From the NCBI GenBank assembly GCA_963666975.2, contig CAXVYR010000004.1:416001-480000 (forward strand): a stretch of 64,000 nucleotides of DNA, read 5' to 3'. Under the pieces are notes generated by a model. That model did not search any database, was not told the DNA's origin, and saw nothing but the letters and a program-made list of their open reading frames with translations. Positions 48,665 to 58,595 of the stretch are shown piece by piece. This DNA comes from Terriglobia bacterium (lineage in GTDB: Bacteria; Acidobacteriota; Terriglobia; 2-12-FULL-54-10). Position 1 is the first letter of the stretch; each line of letters starts with the position of its first letter. The translations under genes and the position numbers were made by a program.

Positions 48665-49948
48665 TTATTCGGCGCCGAGCGTTGCCGGAACGCCGGCCAG
48701 ACGGTCATGGGAAGGTTTCTCCCGGATCGCCAGGATCATAAAAGCCGCGACAAAGGCCATTCCCGCAGCGGAGTAAAAGGCCAGCGTATAGTTGCCGAAC
48801 CATCTGTAGAAATATCCGCCGAGGGCCGATCCGAATGCGGCTCCCATCTGGTGGAACAGGAAAATCCATCCCGACAGTTCTCCGACCGAGCGTCTGCCGA
48901 AGAGTTTGGCCGTCATCGCGGTGGTCGCCGGCACGGTAGAAATATAGTTGAGCCCGTAGACGGCAGCAAAGCCGAAGAGTCCCGGCACGGTTCCCACCAG
49001 GGGCAGCAAAACCAGAGACAGCCCCCTCAACAGGTAAAAGCAGATCAAGGGAGTCTTGGGGCCGAACCGGTCGCAGAGCCATCCCGATCCGATCGTTCCC
49101 ACAATGTTCATAGCGCCCATCAGTCCGAGAGCCTGCGCTGCCTGGTATGCGGGGAAGCCATGTTCTGTGGTGTGGGGAATCAAATGAGTGAGGATGAGGC
49201 CGGAGGTGGTGTAACCGCAGACCCCGTAGCTTCCCGCCAGAAGCCAAAATGGCGGGCATCGCACGGCCTCCCAGATGCTGGTTCTTTCCTTGCTGACTTC
49301 TGACCGGCTATGGGGGGCGGATTTCTCTGCGGCGCCGTACCGTTCCAGTCCCATATCGGAGGGGGCATTGCGGATCAGGATACTCGCCAGCGGCATCACC
49401 AGCACCAGGAAACCCGCTCCGAGCACCAGAAAAGCCGTGCGCCAGCCCCACGTGACAGTAAGAGCCATGGCGAGGGGAATGACCAGCAGTTGACCGGCTC
49501 CCAATCCCGCGCCAAAGATCCCGATCACCACTCCGGTATGGGAATCAAACCATCGCATGGTGGTGGATGCGGCCACGCTCATCGCCGCCCCCCCCGCACC
49601 TAATGCCGTGATGATCCCCGCCGTCACGTAGAGTTGCCAAAGGGAGCTAACATGGGCCGTCACCAGAGTGCCCGCGCCCATAAGAAGCGCACTCGCCACC
49701 AAAACTCCCCTGGGTCCCCACCGATCCGCAAGGCGCCCCACCACAGGGCCGACCGCTCCATAGAGAAACATTGAAAGCGCTGCCACCGTTGACAACGAGA
49801 CCCGGTCCCAACCGAATTCCGCCTCCATCGGTTTGATGAAGACGCCAAAAGATGTACGGATACCTGATCCGGCCATCAAGACAACAGCCACGGCCGCCAC
49901 AACCACCCAGGCGTAGTGGATCCGTCCGGTCTGGAAAGGCAATTTCAT
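48665..49948 (-). CDS. MFS transporter
   Basis: IHYAWVV, GRLADRWGPR, GWLCDRFG; ~12 TM segments. Confidence 0.9.
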   Translation of the reverse strand: MKLPFQTGRIHYAWVVVAAVAVVLMAGSGIRTSFGVFIKPMEAEFGWDRVSLSTVAALSMFLYGAVGPVVGRLADRWGPRGVLVASALLMGAGTLVTAHVSSLWQLYVTAGIITALGAGGAAMSVAASTTMRWFDSHTGVVIGIFGAGLGAGQLLVIPLAMALTVTWGWRTAFLVLGAGFLVLVMPLASILIRNAPSDMGLERYGAAEKSAPHSRSEVSKERTSIWEAVRCPPFWLLAGSYGVCGYTTSGLILTHLIPHTTEHGFPAYQAAQALGLMGAMNIVGTIGSGWLCDRFGPKTPLICFYLLRGLSLVLLPLVGTVPGLFGFAAVYGLNYISTVPATTAMTAKLFGRRSVGELSGWIFLFHQMGAAFGSALGGYFYRWFGNYTLAFYSAAGMAFVAAFMILAIREKPSHDRLAGVPATLGAE

Positions 49949-50133
49949 ACTCGAATTTTCATTTTAACCGGCATTCCCATTCCGGCACCACTGCGGATAG
50001 ACAGATGCACTCCTGAACGCCTACCTGCAAGCACTCCATGGGCTTCTCCGAGGGACAAAAAGAGACCGAAAGAGCGTATAACACATGAAACACTTGTTGC
50101 ACATCCACCGGCAAACAGGATAAAAACATTTTG

Positions 50134-51444
50134 ATGAGCCGACGCATTCAACCCGCCAAGAATATCACCGGGGGACTTCGCCTTCCGGGTGACAAATCCA
50201 TCTCGCATCGCTACGCCCTGCTGGGCGCTATCGCAGACGGGAAAACCACCATACGCAACTACGCCCCCGGGGCCGACTGTGCCTCCACGCTCCAGTGCCT
50301 GGAAAAACTGGGCGTAGCCGTTTCCCGAAGCCATGTGGACACGGAGACCGGCGAGCCCGCTGAGGAACTGGCGCTTGAAGGACGAGGTCTCCGCGGACTG
50401 CAACAACCCGAAGGAATGCTCGACGCCGGCAACTCCGGCTCGACCATGCGCATGCTCAGCGGCCTGCTGGCCGGGCACCGTTTCCGCAGCGCCATCACCG
50501 GGGACGACTCGCTCCAGCGGCGTCCCATGCAGCGGATCATGGAACCGCTCACGCAGATGGGCGCCCGCGTGACGGCCCGCGACGGCAGCTTCCCTCCCCT
50601 GCAGATTGACGGCGCGGCACTGCGCGGCATCGAGTACCGTCCGCCGGTCGCCAGCGCGCAGGTGAAAAGCTCGGTATTGCTCGCCGGCCTGCTGGCGGAA
50701 GGCGAGACAAGCGTCACCGAACCGGTCCGGACACGAGACCACACCGAGATTGCGCTTGCCCAGTTTGGAGCAGAGGTTGCGCGCGGGCCGAGAACCACCG
50801 CCGTCCGGGGCGGCGTCGCTCTGCGTGCACAGAAGCTGGCCGTGCCGGGAGATATCTCCTCGGCGGCCTTCTTCCTGTGCGCGGCTTTGCTGTTCCCCTC
50901 CTCGGACCTTTACCTCCAGGACGTGGGCCTGAATCCAAGCCGCACGGCGCTGCTCGACTTTTTGTGCGGCATGGGCGCGCAAATCAAAGTGCTCAATCTG
51001 GGTGAAAACTGCGGAGAGCTGATCGGCGACATTCATGTAACCGGCGGCCCTTTGCAGGGCGGCCGCATCGAGGGCGAAATGGTTGCCGCTTTGATCGACG
51101 AGATTCCGGTGCTGGCGGTTTTGGGCACACAGACCGAAGAAGGCTTAGTCCTCCGCAACGCCGAAGAATTGCGGCTGAAAGAAAGCGACCGCCTCGCAAC
51201 CGTAGCCGAAAACCTGCGCCGCATGGGCGCGCAGGTCCAAGTGCAGCCGGACGGATTCGACATCCCCGGACGCCAGCGCCTTTCGGGAGCCGAGCTGGAT
51301 TCTTTCGGCGACCATCGCATCGCGATGGCTTTCATGGTGGCGGCCTTGGCGGCCAAAGAAGAAAGCCTATTGAACAACGATGCAGCAGCCGTAGTCTCCT
51401 TCCCCGATTTTTTTGAACAGATGGAAAAAGTCGCCGAGCGGTAA
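50134..51444 (+). CDS. aroA: EPSP synthase
   Basis: PGDKSISHR, DAGNSGS, ASAQVKS, RDHTE, KESDRL, DHRIAM. Confidence 0.97.
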   Translation: MSRRIQPAKNITGGLRLPGDKSISHRYALLGAIADGKTTIRNYAPGADCASTLQCLEKLGVAVSRSHVDTETGEPAEELALEGRGLRGLQQPEGMLDAGNSGSTMRMLSGLLAGHRFRSAITGDDSLQRRPMQRIMEPLTQMGARVTARDGSFPPLQIDGAALRGIEYRPPVASAQVKSSVLLAGLLAEGETSVTEPVRTRDHTEIALAQFGAEVARGPRTTAVRGGVALRAQKLAVPGDISSAAFFLCAALLFPSSDLYLQDVGLNPSRTALLDFLCGMGAQIKVLNLGENCGELIGDIHVTGGPLQGGRIEGEMVAALIDEIPVLAVLGTQTEEGLVLRNAEELRLKESDRLATVAENLRRMGAQVQVQPDGFDIPGRQRLSGAELDSFGDHRIAMAFMVAALAAKEESLLNNDAAAVVSFPDFFEQMEKVAER

Positions 51445-51660
51445 GAGCTTGGAAGGATATCTCCCTTTCCTGGCGGCTATGAATAGAGAGGCAAAGACAG
51501 GCCTGCTATTTCTACCAAAACCGATATAGGACCCTTCCTGCTTTTTCATCTCGTTTGGTCCCTAGGACTCATCCTCCCATCTTTTTTGCCGATAGATTAA
51601 GAGCGGGAAAGCCGCTCGGACCTTCCGGGCATGGACTGCTCATCCTGAAAGGAGGTCGCA

Positions 51661-51996
51661 ATGCCTGAAGAGAGGCGGTGTCACAAACGCTACCCTGTGT
51701 CCGGGAAAACACTGTTCCAAACGGAGTCCCAGGAAGCTACTGGCGAACTGGTGGATATTGCCAGGGGCGGAGTTTGCATTCGCAGCGAGGTGAAGCCTCT
51801 TGAAGGAGAGGAGCTTACCGTCCGCTTCACGGTCCAGGACCACATTGGAGTGTTCGAGATCAGAGGGATGGTGGTGCGGGTTCAATCAAATTCATGGGCG
51901 ATGATGTTCTTAGAAGAGCCTGCGGACCTGGAGACGCTGCTGCGGTCGCTGGCTGAGAAGACCGAAAAACAAGTGGCCAGCCCAACCTGCTCGTAA
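51661..51996 (+). CDS. PilZ domain protein
   Basis: AGGAGG RBS; ERRCHKRY, DIARGG. Confidence 0.85.
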   Translation: MPEERRCHKRYPVSGKTLFQTESQEATGELVDIARGGVCIRSEVKPLEGEELTVRFTVQDHIGVFEIRGMVVRVQSNSWAMMFLEEPADLETLLRSLAEKTEKQVASPTCS

Positions 51997-52171
51997 CCTG
52001 CTTTTTCGGACTCCCCGTATACCCCCAATTTTCCTTGCCCCATCAGATCCCTGCCAGCCATTTTTAGCCACTCTGTCTGATTCCGTGACTAGATCGTTTT
52101 TACGAATTGTGTATTCCGTCAGGGCACGGCTTCAGGCGGGGAAGAAACGGCGGGAGCCGTATAAAATATTT

Positions 52172-52258
52172 TGGTGCGGATGAGAGGACTCGAACCTCCA
52201 CGACCTTGCGGCCACTAGAACCTGAATCTAGCGCGTCTGCCAATTCCGCCACATCCGC
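52172..52258 (-). tRNA. tRNA-Leu(CAG)
   Basis: GCGGATG/CATCCGC stem, loop TT-CAG-GT, long variable arm, CCA. Confidence 0.97.
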
Positions 52259-52352
52259 TTTGATGCAGCCTGCATTTTGTCAATCCGGTGGAAGATTGGC
52301 AATCCGCGGCCCGGAGCCGGAGGATTTCCAGGAAATTCTTCCCGACCCGCAC

Positions 52353-52577
52353 TTACTGATTGGACAACAGTTTCAGGACTTCCTCGCGCACCAGTAATTC
52401 GGCCTTTTCACGGCTGCCGTCGGACGCCTCAACGATGCGCGTGCCTGCTCCCGGCATAGCAATCTCAGCCTTCGCGTGGCAGGTCTCCCCCAGACGAAAG
52501 GTTGTGATGGCTACGTCGTTGTCCCCAAACTTCTCCACGCAGTGAGAATAATCATTGGCATTGAGGGTGGCTGCCAT
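52353..52577 (-). CDS. Hypothetical protein
   Basis: 74 aa after a GGAG RBS. Confidence 0.55.
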   Translation of the reverse strand: MAATLNANDYSHCVEKFGDNDVAITTFRLGETCHAKAEIAMPGAGTRIVEASDGSREKAELLVREEVLKLLSNQ

Positions 52578-52774
52578 TGGTAATTCTTCTCCCTGGTGTA
52601 TAAGGTTATAGTGTACTCCGAGCCTCTGCTGTACCGCAACCATGCCGGCTTACAGCGCCACAGAAAACCGCTACGCGGCACAAAGAATGCTTGAACAAAT
52701 ATTTTTGAACCATGGCTGCGTTGATGCCTTGTGCGACCCCAACCCCTTGCACGGCTCTTTTTCAGCGGGTTGGT

Positions 52775-53365
52775 TTATGACTTTTCAACAATTAAATCTT
52801 CCACCATCCCGCAAAGGATGTGCCCAACGGTGATGTGCGATTCTTGAATCCGCTGTGTGTTGCTGGATGGAATGCAAAGGCATAGTTCCGCCACTTCGGG
52901 CAGCTTCCCGCCGGACTCGCCTGTCCATCCCACGGTGAGAGCCTTCCTCCGATTGCCTTCTTCCAGTCCGCGCAGGACATTTTCCGAGTTGCCGCTGGTG
53001 CTGAGGCCGATGAGCACGTCTCCCGGCCGCACGAAGGCCTCCACCTGGCGGGAAAAAACTTCGTCATAGGAATTGTCGTTTGCTATAGCCGTCAGGGTGG
53101 AGGTGTTGGTGGTGAGGGCCACGGCCGCCAGAGCACGACGGGTGCGACTCAGGCGCGCCACCAACTCGGCAGCGATGTGCTGGGCATCGGCTGCGCTGCC
53201 GCCGTTGCCGATCAAATAGACAGTCCCTCCCGCCTCCAGCGCTGCGGCCACCTGTTCGGCAAGCCGGACGATTTGCCTCTTCAGCTCCGCGGAGAATTGC
53301 TGTTTGACGCGGCAACTCTCCTCCAGCTCTTTCTCGACGCGGGCTATCAGTGTGTTGCTGTCCAT
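52775..53365 (-). CDS. gmhA: Phosphoheptose isomerase
   Basis: GNGGSAADAQH, STSGNS, RIQESH. Confidence 0.95.
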   Translation of the reverse strand: MDSNTLIARVEKELEESCRVKQQFSAELKRQIVRLAEQVAAALEAGGTVYLIGNGGSAADAQHIAAELVARLSRTRRALAAVALTTNTSTLTAIANDNSYDEVFSRQVEAFVRPGDVLIGLSTSGNSENVLRGLEEGNRRKALTVGWTGESGGKLPEVAELCLCIPSSNTQRIQESHITVGHILCGMVEDLIVEKS

Positions 53366-53394
53366 GTGCACTCAACCAATTTCCAAGCCGGGCC

Positions 53395-54999
53395 TCAGGC
53401 CGGAGCGGAGCGAATCTTCTCCAGCAGCCGCGAGGTGGAAATGCCGCGCCGGATGGGGATCAACCGCGTGACGCCGCCATAGGTCTTGAGAAAATCCGCG
53501 CCCACCACCTCCGACTCCGCATAGTCGTCTCCTTTCACCAGCACGTGCGGACGGATCAGGTTCAGCAGATCCATCGGGTCCGGCTCGTCGAAGATCACAA
53601 GATAGTCGACGCTTTCGAGCGCCGCGATGGCGTAAGCGCGGTCTTCTGCGGAAACAATGGGGCGGTGGTCGCCTTTGAGCCGTCTGACGGAGGCGTCACT
53701 GTTCAGCCCCACCACCAGAACATCCCCCAGCAGTTTCGCCTCTCGCAGAAGATACATGTGCCCCACGTGAAGCAGGTCAAAACAGCCGTTGGTGAAAACA
53801 ATCTTCTTGTTTTCCTTGCGGAGCGTTTCCATCAACGCTCCCACCCCCTCGCGAGGCTGGATTTTCGCGCTGGCGGAGAAGCGGCGCACGTCAAGCTCAC
53901 GCTCCACCTCGAAGGGGTAGACTACGGCGGCGCCCGCCTTGCTCACCGCCACTCCCGCCGCCAGGTTGCCCAGTTGCGCGGCCTCCCGGAAGCTTTTTCC
54001 CGAGGCGACCGCCAGTGCAAAGGCCGCCAGCACGGTGTCTCCCGCCCCGGTTACATCGAAGACTTCCCGCGCGCTGGTGGGAAGGTGATGGAATCCGGCA
54101 CGATCCATCAGGCTGAGACCTTCGGCCCCGCGGGTGATGAGCACTGCGTCTAAACTGAATTCTTTGAGTCTTGCCTGGAGCGTGCTTTCCCATTCCTTGC
54201 CTGCCGCCTCCAGGGTATCGGCGGTGGAGGACGCTGCAAAGGATACCTCCAGGGCCGCCTCCGCCTCTGCCGAGTTCGGAGTCAGCACGGTGGCTCCCGC
54301 GTAACGTTGCCAGTCTTTTTCCTTGGGGTCCACCACCACAGGCTTGCCCGCCTTGCGCGCCATGGCGATTAGCTGCTGCAACAACTCCGGAGGCAAAGCG
54401 CCTTTGGCGTAGTCCGATACCACCACGCCCTGCACCTCGCCGATCACCCGCGCGGCGAAGGCAAGTATCTGAGCGGCCGAGGCGGCGGATATGGGGTGCC
54501 GGGACTCCTCATCAAACCGCAGCACCTGATGGTGTCCGAATAACGCCGCAATCTCCGCAGGCCTTCCTCCTTGGGTGGCCACCACACGAGATTTCAAAGT
54601 GGTCTTGCGCCCCTGCTCGCGAACTACTTCCAAACCCTGGCAGGAGCGTACCGCGCGGAGTTCCTGCTCCAGCAACCCGCCCGCTTCGTCCTCCCCTACC
54701 ACTGCCGCGCACCAAACCTTGCCGCCCAGGCTGTCCACGTTGCGAACAACATTTCCCGCCCCGCCCAACTGCTGGCGGGTTTCCTTCACGAGGATCACCG
54801 GCGCGGGCGCTTCCGGCGAGATGCGGCTGGCTTCACCGTAGATCGTCCGGTCCACCATAAAGTCGCCCACCACCAGCACGCCTGCACCGGCGACGGCATG
54901 GAGCAGATCGGCGACAGTTTGGCGGTCTAAAGTTTGGTGGTCTGTTGACACCGGAACCTCTGTGCGACCCTGTTTCCGGCCCCTCCCCTTGGCGCTCAT
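53395..54999 (-). CDS. hldE: Bifunctional heptose 7-phosphate kinase/heptose 1-phosphate adenylyltransferase
   Basis: RISPEAP, DVTGAGD, FTNGCFDLLHVGH, VKGDDY. Confidence 0.95.
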   Translation of the reverse strand: MSAKGRGRKQGRTEVPVSTDHQTLDRQTVADLLHAVAGAGVLVVGDFMVDRTIYGEASRISPEAPAPVILVKETRQQLGGAGNVVRNVDSLGGKVWCAAVVGEDEAGGLLEQELRAVRSCQGLEVVREQGRKTTLKSRVVATQGGRPAEIAALFGHHQVLRFDEESRHPISAASAAQILAFAARVIGEVQGVVVSDYAKGALPPELLQQLIAMARKAGKPVVVDPKEKDWQRYAGATVLTPNSAEAEAALEVSFAASSTADTLEAAGKEWESTLQARLKEFSLDAVLITRGAEGLSLMDRAGFHHLPTSAREVFDVTGAGDTVLAAFALAVASGKSFREAAQLGNLAAGVAVSKAGAAVVYPFEVERELDVRRFSASAKIQPREGVGALMETLRKENKKIVFTNGCFDLLHVGHMYLLREAKLLGDVLVVGLNSDASVRRLKGDHRPIVSAEDRAYAIAALESVDYLVIFDEPDPMDLLNLIRPHVLVKGDDYAESEVVGADFLKTYGGVTRLIPIRRGISTSRLLEKIRSAPA

Positions 55000-55483
55000 T
55001 TCCAGTTCTCCGGATGGGCGGCTTGTCTTTTCTTTTCAAGCATTTGTATTTTCGCGGGGTTAGTGAAGCCCGCCGGTCATCTATCGAGCTTACAGCAATC
55101 GAGCTTGCAGCGCGGAGCTTTCAGGGCACATTTTAACAGAAAACCGTTCGCTCGTACCGGGAGGCAGTTGTAAATGAGTGAACGTGTAAAGATTCTAAAG
55201 CGTTGCCAGGAAACAGGGAATCGAGGGAAAAAGAAGGAAAAAAGTTCTCTTTTTCTCCAGCTTTAGAAGAGGGATTTTCGCAGCCAGATCGTTTGAATTC
55301 AGTTAGTTGGGGCGTAACTTGTTTTGGTATTAGAATTGCTAGTCTATCAACCATGAATGACCTTGCTTTCGTTATCAGGATCGGTTTCATCCTCTGGCTG
55401 TTCAGCACCGGAATGATGGTGCTGTCCGGTGGCGGACCCTCTTGAAGTATTCCCCTATACTCGGGGCCTTTTGAGGTGCGGAT

Positions 55484-55738
55484 ATGACGGTTTTTTGCAG
55501 GAGTTGCGGGAAAGAGAAAGAATTTGAACAGTGCTGGTGGGAACTGCGGAGGGACTCTTCCGAGGGCTCCGTTAGGATCATCCACTTCCAATACTACTGG
55601 AGCGACCGCGATGCGCAGTTCTGCAGCAGAACGTGCCTGTTCGAGCACTTAGAGGATCATTGCAAACGGACAGAGGCGAACAGCAACGCTTTCTCCATAC
55701 CCACGCATTCCCGTGCCGTGCCGGTCGAGAGTATTTGA
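55484..55738 (+). CDS. Small putative zinc-binding protein
   Basis: GAGG RBS; CRSC..FCSRTC. Confidence 0.55.
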   Translation: MTVFCRSCGKEKEFEQCWWELRRDSSEGSVRIIHFQYYWSDRDAQFCSRTCLFEHLEDHCKRTEANSNAFSIPTHSRAVPVESI

Positions 55739-55937
55739 CCGCTTCCGTTCGTGTGAGCCCGCAGCCAGGCTTTGCAATTGTGACTGCTTAGTTTGTGAAT
55801 ACTAAAGTTTGTGAAAACTTTAGTTGCGCAGGAGGGGGCCGCTCAGCGGCCCTTTCCATTTTTCCCGGCCAGCAATCCGCCCGGCATGCCATTCCCGCGC
55901 CTGTTTCCGCTTTCCACCATAGCCCTGCGCGGCCGCA

Positions 55938-56165
55938 TCAAAAGTAGGCCGTCAGCGTTTGGATCTTGCTGACATCCGGATACAGGACGCCCACCGACGC
56001 GTGGTCCGACGACCGGGGGTTGTACCAGATGGCCCCATCCCGCGTGATCGACACTTTGGGCATATCGGTTCTCTGCGGGCTCGGATAATAGGTAAATTTC
56101 TCCGTGCGGGGATTGAACCGGATCAACGCTCCCCCTTGCCCTCCGTCGCTGATCCAATGGATTTG
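55938..56165 (-). pseudogene. C-terminal remnant of a Vgb-like beta-propeller protein
   Basis: WISDGGQGGALIRFNPRTEKFTYYP..ITRDGAIWY; no upstream part. Confidence 0.6.
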
Positions 56166-56296
56166 CCAACTCTACGCATGAAATTTTCACAAACCCTTCT
56201 GCGGCGAACCCAGCGACGGAAGAGTTCCTCTGCAAGCTGGTGCTGGCAGAAAGCTCTCGAACTTTAAGCAGAAATGCGCCTGAATGAACCTGCGAG

Positions 56297-57076
56297 TTGA
56301 TACAATCACCAGGACAGCTCATCCAGCCATGCGGAGGCTGCTTGCATCTGCAAGGACTTCGGATCATATCGCGAGAGGTAACCAGCATCTTGTCCCCATC
56401 ACAACCAACAACGCCGGAATTCCTGGGAGACGAACTTTCCGAGATTCTTACATGCCCATCCTGCGGGAATCAGACACCCCACAACCTGCTTCGTAGCGAA
56501 GGCCATTCTTACGTTATCCCGAAGGACATCTTATTTCGCGGCTTCACCTGGATGGTGAAGTGCGCCACCTGCAAGGAGATTTCACTCTACCGCTCGGACT
56601 GGAATCCCCAGGCAAAAGGCCAAGTGGAGGTCATCCTGCTTTACCCGCAGCCTCGCCAGGCTCCTGGCGAAGTCCCCACCCGCATTCGCGCCAGATTTAA
56701 TGAAGCTGTTGCCGTCTCGAAAACTTCTCCCTCACTGGGTGGCGTGGGACTGCGACGAGCGATGGAAGAGCTGATGAAAGATCAAAGCGCCAAGGGGAAA
56801 ACGCTCGCCTCCAATATCCGCGGGCTTGCCGATCGCGGAGACATCCCCGCGCATTTAGCAGGATTGATCGATACGGTAAAAGAGTTGCAACTCCTCGGCG
56901 CGCACGCGGAAGAGCCGGACGTTTCTCCTCAGGACATCCCTGTTCTGATAGATTTTTGCCTGGCCGTTTTCGAGTACCTGTACGTGGCGCCCTCGAAGGT
57001 CAGTGCGGTAAAAAACCGCCGGGCAACCCGTCAACTCCAGTCTCCATCGCCATCTGCCCCCAAGCCAGCCGGTTAA
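56297..57076 (+). CDS. DUF4145 domain protein with N-terminal zinc ribbon (start uncertain)
   Basis: CPSC..CATC; LRRAMEEL..TLASNI..LGAH. Confidence 0.75.
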   Translation: MIQSPGQLIQPCGGCLHLQGLRIISREVTSILSPSQPTTPEFLGDELSEILTCPSCGNQTPHNLLRSEGHSYVIPKDILFRGFTWMVKCATCKEISLYRSDWNPQAKGQVEVILLYPQPRQAPGEVPTRIRARFNEAVAVSKTSPSLGGVGLRRAMEELMKDQSAKGKTLASNIRGLADRGDIPAHLAGLIDTVKELQLLGAHAEEPDVSPQDIPVLIDFCLAVFEYLYVAPSKVSAVKNRRATRQLQSPSPSAPKPAG

Positions 57077-57198
57077 TCTACAAGTACTTAAGTCTCACCG
57101 CGACACGAGGACTTTGCTCTTAAAAAATTGCTTCCATAGTACTATTGACCTCATTCTGCTTCCGCCGCACAATCAACCTATCGAGGGAGGAATACAGC

Positions 57199-57969
57199 AT
57201 GCTAGAAACTGCCGAAACGCCCACTCAACAACTGCCAGACCAGAGGGATGCCGGCGCAGAAGCACGCGCGCGGAGCATGGAGGAACATCGGGCGCTGGAT
57301 CACCAGAAGCTGCTGGAGCGAGTGGAAGCGGCGGAGATGCTGATTCAACAGTTAGTGGCCGAGCGGGATGAAAGCCGAGATCAGCTGTGCAAAGCAGCAG
57401 CCCGGAATCAGAAGCTGCAGGAAGAACTGGCCGTCACCCAAGAGCAGTTTCGCCAGCAAAGAGAAACAACGGTTAAGACCACCCGAAAAATAACGGGGCG
57501 GATGGAAGCGGCGGAGATACGCATAATACAGCTAGTGGCCGAACGAGATGAAAGCCGAGATCAGATGAGCGAAGCAGTGGATCAAAATCGAAAGCTGAAA
57601 GAACATCTGACTGCCGCCCAAGAACAGTTTTACAAACAAAGAGAAACAGCCCTTCAGGCCTTTCGCAAGATAGTGGCTGAGCGGGACAAAGGCCAAGCAG
57701 AACTGAGCGATGTAGAGAGCCGCATACGGCACCTGGAAGACTCATTTACTGCGGCCCAAGAGCAGTTTCGCAAGCAAAGAGAAACAGCCCTTCAGACTAT
57801 TCGGCAAATCGCGGCCGAACGAAATGAAAGCCAAGCTCGGTTGAGCGAAGCCGAGGACCGCATGCGGAAGCTGGAAGAGGAATTAGCTGCGAAGCACGAG
57901 CGGCTTTCGCCCAGGACAGACTCAGCAGACGTTGGTAGAGACAGCCCCGCCAAGCAATCATCCACATAA
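57199..57969 (+). CDS. Coiled-coil repeat protein
   Basis: GGAGG RBS; four VAERDES..QEQF.KQRET-like units. Confidence 0.7.
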   Translation: MLETAETPTQQLPDQRDAGAEARARSMEEHRALDHQKLLERVEAAEMLIQQLVAERDESRDQLCKAAARNQKLQEELAVTQEQFRQQRETTVKTTRKITGRMEAAEIRIIQLVAERDESRDQMSEAVDQNRKLKEHLTAAQEQFYKQRETALQAFRKIVAERDKGQAELSDVESRIRHLEDSFTAAQEQFRKQRETALQTIRQIAAERNESQARLSEAEDRMRKLEEELAAKHERLSPRTDSADVGRDSPAKQSST

Positions 57970-58061
57970 CTTGCATCCTCATGGCTTGCCCTCAATGGGA
58001 CCGGGCCTGATGCAGCCCGCTCGTCTTTCCCTGCCTGACAGCGAAGGGGCCCGGAAAACAC

Positions 58062-58097
58062 CGCGTTGTGGTTTACATCAACTATAAAACCGCTCTA
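58062..58097 (-). repeat. Solo MITE end
   Basis: Reverse complement matches 62932-62967 at 32/36 nt. Confidence 0.8.
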
Positions 58098-58263
58098 GCC
58101 GGGCAGAGACAACAATGCGGACCTTTCCTCGGGGAGTTGGAGAAAGGAACAGAAGTTTTTGCTGGAAGAAATTTAACGGGGCATGTCTACAAGATCCTTC
58201 GCCGGAAGCATGTCCGGCTTTCCGCGCTCTAAACGTTGCCCCCATTCTTCCAGGAGAAATTCA

Positions 58264-58563
58264 TCAGGCGAGCGAGGAGGCTCCGGCTTCCGCCAGCCAC
58301 TCCATTTCCTTGTCCTTGCCATAGGAGCGTACCCGCCCGATGCCGACGTAGTCGTGTCCGAAATCGCGCCGAATTTTCTTCGCCACCATTCCCAGCATCT
58401 CTCCCACGTCGAGCGTCGAGACAACGAGAAGTTGGATTTTGTTCAGGAAAGCCAGGCGGCGAAAGAGCTGCTGCTCGCGGAAGAACCCATAGAGGCATGC
58501 GCACGATCCCACCGACAACAAGCCCAGCAGGATGGAAACGATTTCAGCCGAGAATAGGGTCAT
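58264..58563 (-). pseudogene. TM segment plus start of a GAF-like domain; probably a truncated signalling gene
   Basis: LNKIQLLVVSTLDVGEML..DFGHDYVGIG then an early stop. Confidence 0.5.
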
Positions 58564-58595
58564 CGTGTAAAGCCCCGGTTCAAAAACAAAACGAA

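Noticed and set aside
49945-51036. 363-aa minus-strand ORF (similar long ORFs lie opposite hpnD, hldE and the TonB gene)
   Set aside because: Antisense shadows typical of GC-rich genes
52107-52397. 96-aa ORF
   Set aside because: Overlaps tRNA-Leu on the opposite strand
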